Assembly (NCBI GenBank): GCA_964393645.1
Contig: CAYMUI010000034.1
Span: forward strand, 5,970-69,969
Direction: 5' to 3'
DNA: 64,000 nt
Origin: an uncultured Desulfobacterales bacterium
GTDB lineage: Bacteria; Desulfobacterota; DSM-4660; Desulfatiglandales; JALVZP01
Every line of letters starts with the position of its first letter. Positions within the stretch are counted from its first letter, which is position 1. The notes beneath the pieces were generated by a model that saw only the letters and a list, made by a program, of their open reading frames with translations, had not been told where the DNA came from and made no database searches. Made by a program: the position numbers and the translations under genes. Positions 12,872 through 24,161 of the stretch are shown piece by piece.

Positions 12872-13428
12872 TGTATACTCTCCATTTTTTCTATAAATTC
12901 TTGAATCAGTTTATCCTGATCCTTATCCTTAATAGAGCTACTGATAATCTCTTTTGCCCTTTCTGTAGCAAGATCTACTATTTCTGCCTTTAACCGTTCT
13001 TTTGCAGCTTCTATCTCTTGTTGAATGGTCATATCCGCCTGTGCCATAATTTGAGCTGCCCTTTCCTTAGCCTCAGCAATAATCTTTTCTTTTTCTCTTA
13101 ATCCCTCTAAGCGAAACTGCTCAATAATCTCCTTTTTTTTGTCTTCTATTTCCTTAAGTTTTGATTCCAGCTCATCTGCCTTTTTCTCAAACTCGTATTT
13201 CTGTCTTTTTAGCTCCTCAAACCTCTTTTTTATCTCTTCTCTTCTTATCGAAAAGAAGTCTGTAATTGCCATCCTTTTCGCTACTATGTAAAGTATAGCC
13301 ACCATAACAGAGAAATTAAGCAATCTATACAAAAAATCTGTAAAAGCAGAACCATTCGCTCCTGCCTCTTCAGCAGCCATACCAACAGAGGAAAAAAGGA
13401 AAAAAGTAGCAATTAAGATATATTTCAT
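12868..13428 (-). CDS. atpF: F0F1 ATP synthase subunit b
   Basis: 186 aa with a signal-like/TM N-terminus and a long charged helix. Position between b' and delta. Confidence 0.85.
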   Translation of the reverse strand: MKYILIATFFLFSSVGMAAEEAGANGSAFTDFLYRLLNFSVMVAILYIVAKRMAITDFFSIRREEIKKRFEELKRQKYEFEKKADELESKLKEIEDKKKEIIEQFRLEGLREKEKIIAEAKERAAQIMAQADMTIQQEIEAAKERLKAEIVDLATERAKEIISSSIKDKDQDKLIQEFIEKMESIH

Positions 13429-13877
13429 ACTCTTACTCTCCTTCCTAATATCCGCTCTGCCAGTTCTTTTGAAAATAAAGCCACCTCTTTTTGCAGCTCT
13501 TCATGGATGACCATTAATCTCTTCTCAAGCTCTGCCTTGGCCTTTGAAAGCTTTTGCTCTACTGTTGCATATGTCTGTTTTAAAAGCTCTTTTTCGTATT
13601 TAACAGCCTCTTCTTTTAAAGCCTCCCTCTCTGACAAGCCCAGCTTTTTTGCTTGTAAAAGGGCTTCTTCTATCTTTCTTTGTCTTTCCTCCACCTGTCT
13701 TTTCATTTGCTCTATTAGTCTGTTAAGATTATCAAATTCACCGTTTCTCTTTGCGAGTATATCTCTTATAGGCTTATACAAAAAGATGTTTAAAAGGAAA
13801 AGAAGAATCAAAAAATTGATCATCTGAATAATCAATGTAAAATCCGGATAGATCGTCATCTCTTTCTCCCTCAACAA
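13425..13877 (-). CDS. F0F1 ATP synthase subunit b'
   Basis: 150 aa with a single N-terminal TM helix (LIIQMINFLILLFLLNIFLY) and a long charged helix. It is a second b-type subunit, with a 4-nt overlap with atpF. Confidence 0.8.
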   Translation of the reverse strand: MLREKEMTIYPDFTLIIQMINFLILLFLLNIFLYKPIRDILAKRNGEFDNLNRLIEQMKRQVEERQRKIEEALLQAKKLGLSEREALKEEAVKYEKELLKQTYATVEQKLSKAKAELEKRLMVIHEELQKEVALFSKELAERILGRRVRV

Positions 13878-13915
13878 CCCGCAAGGCTTTTACAAAATAA
13901 AAATTTATTTGTCAA

Positions 13916-16900
13916 CTAATTTTGAAATACGGTTTCATAAAGGTGTCTTAAGTAAGGTAGATAATTATCTCCTTTTTGTTCAACATCGTCCATATATCTT
14001 TCCAGCTGTCTCGTGAAAGACTCATCCACAAATGGTGCCAGTTTTTTGTTTTTTTCTATGATTTCCTGAACAGATCTGCCCAGTTTTGTAGGTATAAGGA
14101 GTCCCTTCTTTTCTATCACATATCCTCTGTCAAGCAGTTTCTGAATTGTCACAGCATAAGTGGAAGGTCTTCCGATGCCTTTGTTTTTCATCTCCTGAAT
14201 AAGGGATGCAAAATTAAAGAGAGCTGTAGCGGGTCTATAAAAAAGCTCTTTATCTTTAACATCCAAAGACTCTTTTTCTATTTCAGAAGTTTTTACAGGA
14301 ATTAACAAGTTGTTACCATCTTCGAGAATCTGGGTGATTAGTTCGAGTTCTGTTTCTCTGTCTTCTGCGATCACTCTGAGCTTTGCCTTTTCTAACTTTG
14401 CAGGTTTCATTTGAGATGCCATAAAATGTTTAAAAATCAGATCATAAAGTCTTAAGTGTTGATAGGTTATGTCTTTAAGATTAAAAAGGCTCTGTTCAAG
14501 CAATTCATCTGCACTGACGGGCTTTGTCGGTCTTATGCATTCATGGGCTCCTTCTGACTCTGAAAAAGATCTAAGTTTAAGAAAATCCTCACCAAAATGT
14601 TCTTTTATGTATACGGATGCTATACTTAGACCCACATGTGATACTCTTATACTATCAGTTCTATGGTAGGTAATAAGACCTGCTTCAAAGAGATCCTGAG
14701 CAAACTGCATAGTCTGTTGAGGTGAAAACCTCAACACAGAAGCAGCCTCTCGCAAAAGAGAATGGGTACTAAATGGCTGGACATTAAACTGGTCTGTCTT
14801 CTTTTCAAGAACTTCTATCCGCACCTTTTTTACGGATTCATAAAACTGGCGAGCATCTTTTACATTCTCAAATTCGAAGTTTACTTGAAAAGTGTCAAGT
14901 TCGAGTCTTACGGTAGGTATTTTTTTCTTAGATTCTGTCTCTCTCTTTATTATCCAGCTTAAAACAGGGCTTTGAACCCTTCCCGCACTAAGCCAGCTTT
15001 TCTGAAACGTCTTCTGTAAATATTTTGAAACCTCAAATCCTATCCATCTATCAGCGATCCTTCTTAACAGTTGGGCTTTTACAAGATTAAAGTCAACGGC
15101 TCTTGGATTATTGATGGCTTCCATAAAGGCTCTTTTTGTCACTTCATGAAATTCTGCCCTTTTTATATGCCTTTGATACGGTCTTATGCTCAGCAGAATA
15201 TCGTATGCTATCTTTTCTCCCTCTGTATCAGGATCTGTAGCGATGAAAACTTCGTCCACTTCAAGAGCTATTTCTCTCAGAGCCTTGATAACCTCTTCTC
15301 TATATTCGTCAATCACTTCAAACACTGGCAGAAAACCACCATTCTTTGTAACAACTCCGTAAAGTCCCTCCGTTTTATTCAGGTCAAATATGTGACCTCT
15401 TGAGGCTGTAATGATCAGATGTCTTTGCTGAATAGGAATTTCATAGATTTCGAGTCTGTTGATCCTTCTTCTTGAAGGATTCCCAAAAAACTGGGCTATT
15501 GTTCTTGCCTTATTGGGGGATTCAACAATTATTAATGTGCTCTTTATCTTCTGCTTAGTTCCATCTTTTCTGAATTCCTTTTTTCTGTCCTCATCTATTT
15601 CCCTTAGGGTTTTTTCTATGTCCACCTCCTCTATGCTTTTGAGTTGAACTTCTTCGCTAACGAATCTCAGTTTTTTTACAAGTGCGTTTAATGCCTTCTT
15701 ATCATCCACAATTATGTAGCTTAAACCTCTTGTAAGCCTGTCCATAAACAGCCTTGAAGTCCTTCCAGATGCCTGAATGTAGCCGGTTATGTCCGGAATT
15801 ACGGCTATGAGCTGGCCCTGTTCATCAATTTTAAGAGGCACATCTTCTGATTCCTTTATTTTACTGAGAAAGCTTTTATCCTGAAAAAGTAAATCCAAAA
15901 ATCCTATTAACTCAAAAACTGTCTTCTGAACTTTGGAAGGAAGTTTTTCATAAGACGGGGTTTTATAACCTTCTATCTTCCGAAACTGCTCAGTTAACTC
16001 TCTTATCTTTTTTTTGTCAAAAACAGAGCTCTTTGAAAGATAGGGAAGAATAATCCTTAACAGAGTTATCAAAGATGAGAAGGACTCTTTGTATCGAAGA
16101 GGAAGCTCAATTCTCGGCACCCCAATAAAAATTGCATACCTAACCCTTTCAGGAAGATCAATTCCTCTGGCAAGAGGATTGTTATAACTGGAAATACCAA
16201 CAAGCACTTGAAGTTCCCCTTTTTTAAATCCCTCTAAGTCCTTCTGCTGATAAGTACCTGCCATTATTCCAGCTTTTCTTAGATTGTCCAGGTATTCATC
16301 GAGTTTTTTACTGTAAACAGAACTTAAAAATACCAGACCCCCCTCCCCAAACTCTTTTATCAGCCTAAAAGAGTCTTCAAAAACTCCTTTTTCAGGAAAA
16401 GCAAAGCACTCTACTATGTTCCTCAGCATCACTGCTGGCTTTCCAACTTCAAAACCCAATATTTCTCTCAGAAGAAAGACTTTTTTCGAACGAGGTCGGG
16501 AGGTTGCAGAAGAAAGAATAAGAGAACCTTTTACTTTTCTCTGGATCTCTAATATCCTGCTGTAATCCTCTTTTTTACTCAGATACCTTATAGCCACATC
16601 TATATCTTCCTTATCCAAACCCATAAGATAAAAAATTTTGTCCAAATTCTTTGCTGATTTTAAAAGACTGTCCACATCGTCCACAAATATCAAATCAAAG
16701 AAAGATCTCGGAATTATTTCGCTATTTTTGTAAAGAAACATTGTTGTGGTTATGAGAAGATCAAAATCTCCCAGTGCAATCTTCTCTTTTATCTCTTTTC
16801 TATTGGAAAGGGATGACTTATAGATGAGTATCCTTTCTTTAACAAAATCTTTTAATCTCTCATAAGCTTGAGAAACAAGCAGTTCTGTAGGAAAAATAAG

Positions 16901-17266
16901 GTATACCTTTCCGGAAAGAGAAAGCGTGTAAAGAGCTAAAGCAAGTCCAAAGGTGGTTTTACCTATTCCTGTGGGAGCTAACAGTGCAAAAGAACGATTA
17001 TTTAAATACCTCACTGCCCAGCTCTGCTGGATGGAGTAAGGCTCATCTCCAACAAATTCCTTGAAGATATCTTTAAATTTTTCGACTTTTTCCCACAGGT
17101 TACAAACCTTTGTAAAATTTCCGCTCTTTAAATAAGAACACAAATCTTCACTTTTCACCTCCCGAGAAAGACAGTTTTCACAAACCAGACCATTAAAAAG
17201 TCTTACCGAGGATATAATACCCCCGCAATTAGGGCATAAGCCCTTATAAAGGGCAAGCTCTTCCAT
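13916..17266 (-). CDS. rgy: reverse gyrase
   Basis: 1116 aa. N-terminal zinc finger CPNCGG...CENC; SF2 helicase motifs APTGIGKT and VDDVD. C-terminal topoisomerase IA part has TOPRIM ESPNKA and DPDTEGE plus the catalytic-Tyr context ITYHRTDS. Confidence 0.97.
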   Translation of the reverse strand: MEELALYKGLCPNCGGIISSVRLFNGLVCENCLSREVKSEDLCSYLKSGNFTKVCNLWEKVEKFKDIFKEFVGDEPYSIQQSWAVRYLNNRSFALLAPTGIGKTTFGLALALYTLSLSGKVYLIFPTELLVSQAYERLKDFVKERILIYKSSLSNRKEIKEKIALGDFDLLITTTMFLYKNSEIIPRSFFDLIFVDDVDSLLKSAKNLDKIFYLMGLDKEDIDVAIRYLSKKEDYSRILEIQRKVKGSLILSSATSRPRSKKVFLLREILGFEVGKPAVMLRNIVECFAFPEKGVFEDSFRLIKEFGEGGLVFLSSVYSKKLDEYLDNLRKAGIMAGTYQQKDLEGFKKGELQVLVGISSYNNPLARGIDLPERVRYAIFIGVPRIELPLRYKESFSSLITLLRIILPYLSKSSVFDKKKIRELTEQFRKIEGYKTPSYEKLPSKVQKTVFELIGFLDLLFQDKSFLSKIKESEDVPLKIDEQGQLIAVIPDITGYIQASGRTSRLFMDRLTRGLSYIIVDDKKALNALVKKLRFVSEEVQLKSIEEVDIEKTLREIDEDRKKEFRKDGTKQKIKSTLIIVESPNKARTIAQFFGNPSRRRINRLEIYEIPIQQRHLIITASRGHIFDLNKTEGLYGVVTKNGGFLPVFEVIDEYREEVIKALREIALEVDEVFIATDPDTEGEKIAYDILLSIRPYQRHIKRAEFHEVTKRAFMEAINNPRAVDFNLVKAQLLRRIADRWIGFEVSKYLQKTFQKSWLSAGRVQSPVLSWIIKRETESKKKIPTVRLELDTFQVNFEFENVKDARQFYESVKKVRIEVLEKKTDQFNVQPFSTHSLLREAASVLRFSPQQTMQFAQDLFEAGLITYHRTDSIRVSHVGLSIASVYIKEHFGEDFLKLRSFSESEGAHECIRPTKPVSADELLEQSLFNLKDITYQHLRLYDLIFKHFMASQMKPAKLEKAKLRVIAEDRETELELITQILEDGNNLLIPVKTSEIEKESLDVKDKELFYRPATALFNFASLIQEMKNKGIGRPSTYAVTIQKLLDRGYVIEKKGLLIPTKLGRSVQEIIEKNKKLAPFVDESFTRQLERYMDDVEQKGDNYLPYLRHLYETVFQN

Positions 17267-17270
17267 ATAC

Positions 17271-18035
17271 TTAGAAAATTCCTTCCTTAAATCTTATGAT
17301 CTTCAAAAAAGAATCCGGCTTAAGACTTGCCCCTCCTACAAGGACACCGTCAATGTCTTCTTCGGACATCAGATCTTTTATATTTTCTGGTTTTACACTG
17401 CCTCCATACAGAATTCTCACAGCAAAGGCCTTTTCTTCACCAAACTTTTGCTTTAACCACTCTCTTATAAAAGAGTGCACCTCCTGTGCCTGAGATGGAG
17501 TTGCAGTACGCCCTGTACCGATTGCCCATACAGGTTCATACGCAATTACAAAAGAATCAGGTATATCATCTCTGTTCCCTATTGCTCCCTCAAGCTGCGT
17601 TTTCACTACAGTAAATGTCTGTCCACCTTCTCTTTGTTCAAGCTTTTCTCCCACACAAAGTATAGGATACAGACCTATCTCTAAAGCCAGATCTACTTTT
17701 TTTGCAATTTGAGAGTCTGTCTCTTGAAAAATTATTCTTCTTTCTGAATGTCCAATAATTACATGGGTACACCCTACATCCTTTAGCATCAACCCAGAAA
17801 CCTCTCCCGTAAAAGCGCCCGTTTTTTCCCAGTGCATATTCTGGGCACCTAAATAGAGTCTGCTATCCCTTAGAACCAGATTTATAGGATAAAGATAGGG
17901 GAAAGGGGGAGCAATAAGGATGTCTCTGTCTTCTATGTCCAATACTCCATTAGCTATTTCTTTTGCCAAAGAGATAGCTTCCTCAAGAGAAAGATTCATC
18001 TTCCAATTGCCAGCAATAAGAGCCCTTCTCTGCAT
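17271..18035 (-). CDS. tpiA: triose-phosphate isomerase
   Basis: Motifs IAGNWKMN, GHSERR, YEPVWAIGTG. I moved the start from the ORF-track 18110 to the ATG at 18035. That ATG is preceded by GGAGG (18041-18045) and begins right after the gap stop (18046). Confidence 0.95.
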   Translation of the reverse strand: MQRRALIAGNWKMNLSLEEAISLAKEIANGVLDIEDRDILIAPPFPYLYPINLVLRDSRLYLGAQNMHWEKTGAFTGEVSGLMLKDVGCTHVIIGHSERRIIFQETDSQIAKKVDLALEIGLYPILCVGEKLEQREGGQTFTVVKTQLEGAIGNRDDIPDSFVIAYEPVWAIGTGRTATPSQAQEVHSFIREWLKQKFGEEKAFAVRILYGGSVKPENIKDLMSEEDIDGVLVGGASLKPDSFLKIIRFKEGIF

Positions 18036-18045
18036 CTTCCCCTCC

Positions 18046-19056
<1,011 letters not shown>

Positions 19057-19515
19057 TTATCTTTTTAGATTCAATGCCATAACAATGGCATCTTCATGGG
19101 TATCTGAATAATACCCTTTTCTTACGCCCACTTTCTTAAAACCTAAGTTTTCATAAAGAGAAATGGCGCCCTTATTGGAGGGTCTTACTTCAAGCCATAT
19201 CTTAGATATATTGTTTTGTTCTGCTGACTTTATCAGCTCTTTTAACAAAAATTTTGCCATGCCTTTTCTTCTCATATCAGGCCTGATCGCAATATTCATT
19301 ATATGAACCTCGTCTAAAACCGTCCAGAAACAGATGTATCCTATTAAATCTTCCTCTTCGATCAGCCCCCACATGTGAGAATAAGGGTTATTTAGCTCAT
19401 CTACGAACTGGGTAAGACCCCACGGAGTTATAAAAGAGCTCTTTTCTATAGACAATATATCCTTTTGAAATCTTTTGAACACTTTCTTATCTATCTCTAT
19501 AACAGAAGGCATCAA
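19057..19515 (-). CDS. rimI: ribosomal-protein-alanine N-acetyltransferase (GNAT)
   Basis: 152 aa GNAT fold with IAIRPDMRRKGMAKFLL acetyl-CoA motif. RimI-like size. Confidence 0.75.
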   Translation of the reverse strand: MMPSVIEIDKKVFKRFQKDILSIEKSSFITPWGLTQFVDELNNPYSHMWGLIEEEDLIGYICFWTVLDEVHIMNIAIRPDMRRKGMAKFLLKELIKSAEQNNISKIWLEVRPSNKGAISLYENLGFKKVGVRKGYYSDTHEDAIVMALNLKR

Positions 19516-19922
19516 GAAGAAAGGAGCTCTCCAGCCAAAGTTATACTCTCCCTGCCCGCTATAGCAGCCCTTTTGCTCAATTCTTCTAAAGAAACTCCTT
19601 CTCTGTCTTTTGCTATTTCTATAAGCATCGGCAGGTTCACACCTGCCAAAACCTCAACCTTTTCTTTTTCCAAAAAAGGAAGACTAATGTTACACGGAGT
19701 TCCTCCAAACATATCGGTTAGTATAAGTACTCCCTCACCTCTGTCTAATTTTTTTATCTTCTGGGATATAACTTTTAACAGTTCTTCACTTTCCGTAGAT
19801 TGTGTTATAGATACGCTATCTATGGCTTCAAGATGTCCCATTATAAGCTCAGCAGCATTTATTAATTCTCTGCCAATATCGCAATGAGACACTATTAAAA
19901 TGCCTATCATAGACACAACCAC
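19512..19922 (-). CDS. PTS EIIA component, mannose/fructose family
   Basis: 136 aa. IGILIVSHCDIG (phospho-His context) and LTDMFGGTP, typical of EIIA-Man. Confidence 0.8.
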   Translation of the reverse strand: MVVSMIGILIVSHCDIGRELINAAELIMGHLEAIDSVSITQSTESEELLKVISQKIKKLDRGEGVLILTDMFGGTPCNISLPFLEKEKVEVLAGVNLPMLIEIAKDREGVSLEELSKRAAIAGRESITLAGELLSS

Positions 19923-19925
19923 CCC

Positions 19926-20405
19926 TTAAACAGATATTTCTTTATCTGCCTCTGTGATTATTTTGTAAATCTCCTCTTTGGACTTTGCTTCCATGAGTTT
20001 TTTCCTTAGCTTGTTATCCTTCAGGAGCTTAGCTATACGAGCCAATATGTGTAAATGCAAACTTGATGAGTTTTCAGGGGCAACAAGCAAAAAAAATAAA
20101 TGTACCGGTTTATTATCAATAGCTTCGTAATCAACCCCTTCTTTACTCCTCCCAAAAGCAAGAAGAGGGCTCCTCAATATGTCTATCTTTCCATGCGGAA
20201 TAGCTATTCCTTCTCCTATCCCGGTGGTTCCAAGTCTTTCTCTTTCTAAAAGGATCTTAACTAACCTGTCTTTTTTAAGCAAAGGTTCGTGTCTACAGAT
20301 TACTTCGGCTAACTCTTCCAAAACACCGGTTTTGTCCTTTGCTTTCAATTCGGGTATTATGTCGTCTTCTTCTATTATTTGTCCTAATCTCATACGACTA
20401 TCCAA
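19926..20405 (-). CDS. ptsN: PTS EIIA-Ntr nitrogen regulatory protein
   Basis: 159 aa with GIAIPHGK active-site His context. Conserved position after rpoN-hpf. Confidence 0.85.
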   Translation of the reverse strand: MDSRMRLGQIIEEDDIIPELKAKDKTGVLEELAEVICRHEPLLKKDRLVKILLERERLGTTGIGEGIAIPHGKIDILRSPLLAFGRSKEGVDYEAIDNKPVHLFFLLVAPENSSSLHLHILARIAKLLKDNKLRKKLMEAKSKEEIYKIITEADKEISV

Positions 20406-20937
20406 CAGGTTGAATCAAACCAAGATTTCCATTTTTTTTCTTGTATATCACATTTATCTGATTGGTATTTGAATTTCTGAATACCAGAAAATCCTGATTA
20501 GAGTAACTGAGTTGCATGGCCGCTTCTTCTGGATCCATAGGTTTGGCCTCCATCTCTTCTAATTCTATAACAAATTGATCCGAAGAAAACGCTGCTTCTT
20601 CCTCTCTTTCAGCAGATGTTATCTCTGACTGCCATGTTTCTGATCTTCTATTCCTTATCTTTTCCATGTATTTTTTCACCTGTTTTTCTAACTTGTCTGC
20701 TACCTGATCAATAGCAGAGTACATGTCTTCAGTTTCTTCCACTGCTTTTATCCACGTGCCATTAAGGTTAAGAGTAACATCTACCTGATGCCTAAATTTC
20801 TCCACACTTAACACAACACGAGCTTCTGCAGGAAAATCTAAGTACTTGTCCAACTTGGATATCTTCTCTATGGCGTAATCTCTGAGGCTATTCATTGGCT
20901 CAGTATGGCGAAATGTTACTGTAATCTCCATAAACAA
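20398..20937 (-). CDS. hpf: ribosome hibernation promoting factor (long form)
   Basis: 179 aa. MEITVTFRH... S30AE/YfiA N-domain plus a C-terminal dimerisation domain (FLVFRNSNTNQINVIYKKKNGNLGLI). The start is probably the third codon. Confidence 0.92.
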   Translation of the reverse strand: MFMEITVTFRHTEPMNSLRDYAIEKISKLDKYLDFPAEARVVLSVEKFRHQVDVTLNLNGTWIKAVEETEDMYSAIDQVADKLEKQVKKYMEKIRNRRSETWQSEITSAEREEEAAFSSDQFVIELEEMEAKPMDPEEAAMQLSYSNQDFLVFRNSNTNQINVIYKKKNGNLGLIQPVG

Positions 20938-20954
20938 CCTCCATCATTTATTTT

Positions 20955-22358
20955 TTACATCCTTCTTTTTTTGGAAGAAAGGATGCCCAGCTCTTCCCTG
21001 TACTTGGCCACCGTTCTTCTGGCAATCTTTACATTATACCTCTTTTCCAGTATCTGTTTTATCTCTTCATCACTGTAAGGCTTTTTCTTATCCTCATCTT
21101 TTATGATTTTTCTGATATATTCTTTAACACTTTTAGAAGAAACCGACTCCCCATTTGTACTATTAATAGAACTGGTAAAAAAGAATTTCAATTCAAATAT
21201 ACCTTGAGGAGTATGAACATATTTGTTAGCCGTTATTCTGCTTACGGTAGACTCGCTCATCCCTATATCCTCTGCCACATCTTTCAGTACAAGAGGCTTT
21301 AAGTATCCTATACCATATTCTAAAAAGTCTCTCTGAAACTTTACAATACTTTTGGTAACCTTATATATAGTGCTCTGGCGCTGATATATGCTTTTTATGA
21401 GCCAAAGAGCAGAATTAAACTTTTTCTTTAAATAGACCCTGTCCTTTTTGCTTAAGAGCTCTTTTTTTCTCAACAATTCTCTGTAATAAGGATTTATTCT
21501 TAAAACAGGTATGTCTTCCTGATTCAGTACCACCTCGTACTCGTCTCCTACCTTTATAACATACACATCCGGCACAATATATATTGTTCTTTCATCAAAG
21601 TATTCAGAACCGGGCCGTGGATCTAAACTTCTTATCACCATTACCGCAGAAATTACATCATCAGTGGTCACCGAAAGTTCTTTTGCAATTTTTTCATATC
21701 TTCTGTTTTCTATATCTTCGAGATGATCCGTTATGATTTTTTCCACCAGCGTACCACCTAAATTATAAGCTCGAGCCTGAATCAGTAAACATTCCTTAAG
21801 ATCCCTCGCAGCAACCCCTACAGGATCAAAGTTTTGTATAATCTTTAAAACCGCTTCCACCTTTTCAGGAGAAGTTCCAGACAGTTTTGCTATCTCCTGA
21901 ACCGAGGCTTCTAAGTATCCGTCTTTATTTAGATTTCCTATTATGTAAGTGCCAATCTTCTTTCCTTCTTCATCCAAACCGCTTACATTTAACTGCCACA
22001 TAAGATGAGAGAAAAGATCCACCTTTGATGCTGTAGTACTTTCAAAAGAGGGAAGTTCTACCTTTCCAGGATTTATAAGCCTGGACTTATCGTCATACCA
22101 GTATTCATTCTGGTATTCTTCGAAGTATGCGTCCCAGCCCGCATCGTAAGATTCTGTTTCTGGCGATTCAGAATCAAGATTCATTTCAGACATCTCTGGC
22201 TCTCTTTCCTCTAACACTGGATTAGCCTTTATTTCCTCTTTTATCAGATCCAACAACTCTACCCTGGAAAGCTGAAGCAGTTTTATGGCCTGTTTTAACT
22301 GAGGAGTGAGAACAAGCTGTTGTTTTAAATAGAGATTTTGTTTTAACCCTATTTCCAT
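20955..22358 (-). CDS. rpoN: RNA polymerase sigma-54 factor
   Basis: 467 aa with a Gln/Leu-rich region I (LKQQLVLTPQLKQAIKLLQLS) and the C-terminal RpoN box ARRTVAKYRE. Confidence 0.97.
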   Translation of the reverse strand: MEIGLKQNLYLKQQLVLTPQLKQAIKLLQLSRVELLDLIKEEIKANPVLEEREPEMSEMNLDSESPETESYDAGWDAYFEEYQNEYWYDDKSRLINPGKVELPSFESTTASKVDLFSHLMWQLNVSGLDEEGKKIGTYIIGNLNKDGYLEASVQEIAKLSGTSPEKVEAVLKIIQNFDPVGVAARDLKECLLIQARAYNLGGTLVEKIITDHLEDIENRRYEKIAKELSVTTDDVISAVMVIRSLDPRPGSEYFDERTIYIVPDVYVIKVGDEYEVVLNQEDIPVLRINPYYRELLRKKELLSKKDRVYLKKKFNSALWLIKSIYQRQSTIYKVTKSIVKFQRDFLEYGIGYLKPLVLKDVAEDIGMSESTVSRITANKYVHTPQGIFELKFFFTSSINSTNGESVSSKSVKEYIRKIIKDEDKKKPYSDEEIKQILEKRYNVKIARRTVAKYREELGILSSKKRRM

Positions 22359-22361
22359 TTT

Positions 22362-23093
22362 TTAGTATGAAAAATCCTCTCCTAAATAAGAATCACGCAC
22401 TCTCTTGTTCCGCACTATCTGATCAGGTGGACCGAAATCTATGATTTCTCCGTGACTTATAACATACGCTGACTCGCATATACTCAATGTCTCTCTTACA
22501 TTGTGATCAGAAATCATAATACCTATTCCTTTATTTTTCAACTGCCTGATAATCTGCTTTATTTCATTTACAATTATAGGGTCAACCCCTGCAAACGGTT
22601 CGTCCAAAAGCATGAATTTTGGCTGAGTAATAAGGGCACGAGTGATCTCAAGTCTTCTCCTCTCACCGCCCGAAAGAGAGGAAGCCTTTTGTTTTGCCAA
22701 GTGTTTTAAGTTCAACTCATTTAAAAGATTTTCGAGTCTTTTCTTTCTTTCCTCTTTATCGATCTCGAGCAGCTCCAGTATGATCATAAGGTTTTCTTCT
22801 ACAGTAAGTTTTCTGAAAACAGAGGGCTCCTGTGGAAGGTAATATATTCCCTTTCTCGCTCTCACATGCATCGGCACATATGTGATCTCCTCCTCGTTCA
22901 GGTAAACATGTCCTCGTGTTGGCTGCAGCAGTCCTGCTATCATGTAAAAAGTTGTGGTTTTTCCAGCACCATTTGGGCCTAACAGTCCTATCACCTGACC
23001 TCTCAGAAGCTCTATTTCCACATTGTTAACCACTCTTTTGCCATTAAATTCTTTTACAAGACCTTTGGCATACAGTCTGTCCATAACTGTCAT
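22362..23093 (-). CDS. lptB: LPS export ABC transporter ATP-binding protein
   Basis: 243 aa with Walker A GPNGAGKTT and signature LSGGERRR. Position between lptA and rpoN. Confidence 0.93.
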   Translation of the reverse strand: MTVMDRLYAKGLVKEFNGKRVVNNVEIELLRGQVIGLLGPNGAGKTTTFYMIAGLLQPTRGHVYLNEEEITYVPMHVRARKGIYYLPQEPSVFRKLTVEENLMIILELLEIDKEERKKRLENLLNELNLKHLAKQKASSLSGGERRRLEITRALITQPKFMLLDEPFAGVDPIIVNEIKQIIRQLKNKGIGIMISDHNVRETLSICESAYVISHGEIIDFGPPDQIVRNKRVRDSYLGEDFSY

Positions 23094-23632
23094 TTCTTAG
23101 ATTTTGGAAATATCACTGCCTTCACAGGCTTATTTTTGGAACTTTCCACAATGCTTCTATTTTGTTTCAGATAAATTATTATCCTGTCTCCCTCCACGAA
23201 GTCTTTTCCCTGTTTTACTACAGGCTTTCCGGTTAAAACCAGCTTGTCCTGATTCTGATAATATACCGCTTTACTGGAAGTGGCTATACCTCCCTGTTTT
23301 CCTCTGTAGATCCTTACATTTCCTGTACACACAATCTTGTGGATCTTGGATCCGGTTTTGGTATTAGACTTATTAGAAGCAAGGTAATAAACCACCATCT
23401 TTTCGCATCTTATCTTCAACTCTCCCTGAGTAGCCACCACATTTCCTGTAAAAGTTATCCTTTTTAGTTCGTCATCTATCTCTAACCTATCAGAGTTTAT
23501 AACGATCGGGATGCTCTTTTTCTTTACCTTAGACAGAACATCTATTGCCTGGCAACAGGACACCAAATAAGAAGAGTACAGGGTAAGAAACAAGGTGCTA
23601 ATGAGAAGTTTTTTGAATAATACTTTTGACAT
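23090..23632 (-). CDS. lptA: LPS transport periplasmic protein LptA (OstA-like)
   Basis: 180 aa with a signal peptide and OstA-type repeats (ITFTGNVVATQGELKIRCEKMVVY). Synteny supports the call. Confidence 0.8.
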   Translation of the reverse strand: MSKVLFKKLLISTLFLTLYSSYLVSCCQAIDVLSKVKKKSIPIVINSDRLEIDDELKRITFTGNVVATQGELKIRCEKMVVYYLASNKSNTKTGSKIHKIVCTGNVRIYRGKQGGIATSSKAVYYQNQDKLVLTGKPVVKQGKDFVEGDRIIIYLKQNRSIVESSKNKPVKAVIFPKSKK

Positions 23633-24161
23633 CTGAAAGAACCTCTATCTTTTTTCTTTTTAGATCCAGAACAAACCCCTTTCCCCTGATGTTAAAAAAT
23701 GGGCCTTCTATTTTAACAGGATCATCAGAATATGCCCGGGATGTTTTTTCGTTAAAGACCAGACGATCAGTGTAAAGCCTACAATTCTTTCCATCTGTTG
23801 CTTTGATATTACCGCTTAGGAAGATAAGACTCTTCTGTCTTTCATATCTTCCCTTTTGACCTTTTAGATCAAAGGTTTTCTCCCCTTTTGAGGTTACTGT
23901 CAGACAGAAGTCAAAAAAGAAAATAGTGGATCTATCCTTAGAAAATCTCACCTTTTTTGCGTCCAATTCCCATTTTGCCCCTTTCTTGGGATCGTCGTGA
24001 ACATAGTGGACATCCTTAAGCTGTAGAGCATAGGGAGGAATCATGGCTATAGTTTTTGAACTTTTTATTATGTTCTTGCGACCATGTACAACATAGTAAG
24101 TTACTATTAAAAGCGTGAATCCCAGCCCTAAGATAGGCCAATAACGTTTTATAAAATTCAT
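23598..24161 (-). CDS. lptC: LPS export system protein LptC
   Basis: 187 aa with an N-terminal TM anchor and a beta-jellyroll-like remainder. Position kdsA-lptC-lptA-lptB. Confidence 0.7.
   Translation of the reverse strand: MNFIKRYWPILGLGFTLLIVTYYVVHGRKNIIKSSKTIAMIPPYALQLKDVHYVHDDPKKGAKWELDAKKVRFSKDRSTIFFFDFCLTVTSKGEKTFDLKGQKGRYERQKSLIFLSGNIKATDGKNCRLYTDRLVFNEKTSRAYSDDPVKIEGPFFNIRGKGFVLDLKRKKIEVLSDVKSIIQKTSH

Noticed and set aside
13887-13915. Promoter for the atp operon in the 38-nt gap after rgy (TTGACA at 13915..13910 with TAAAAG 17 nt downstream)
   Set aside because: The -35 box is perfect but the -10 is weak and the box overlaps the rgy stop region. This is not enough to call. The operon may be read through from rgy.
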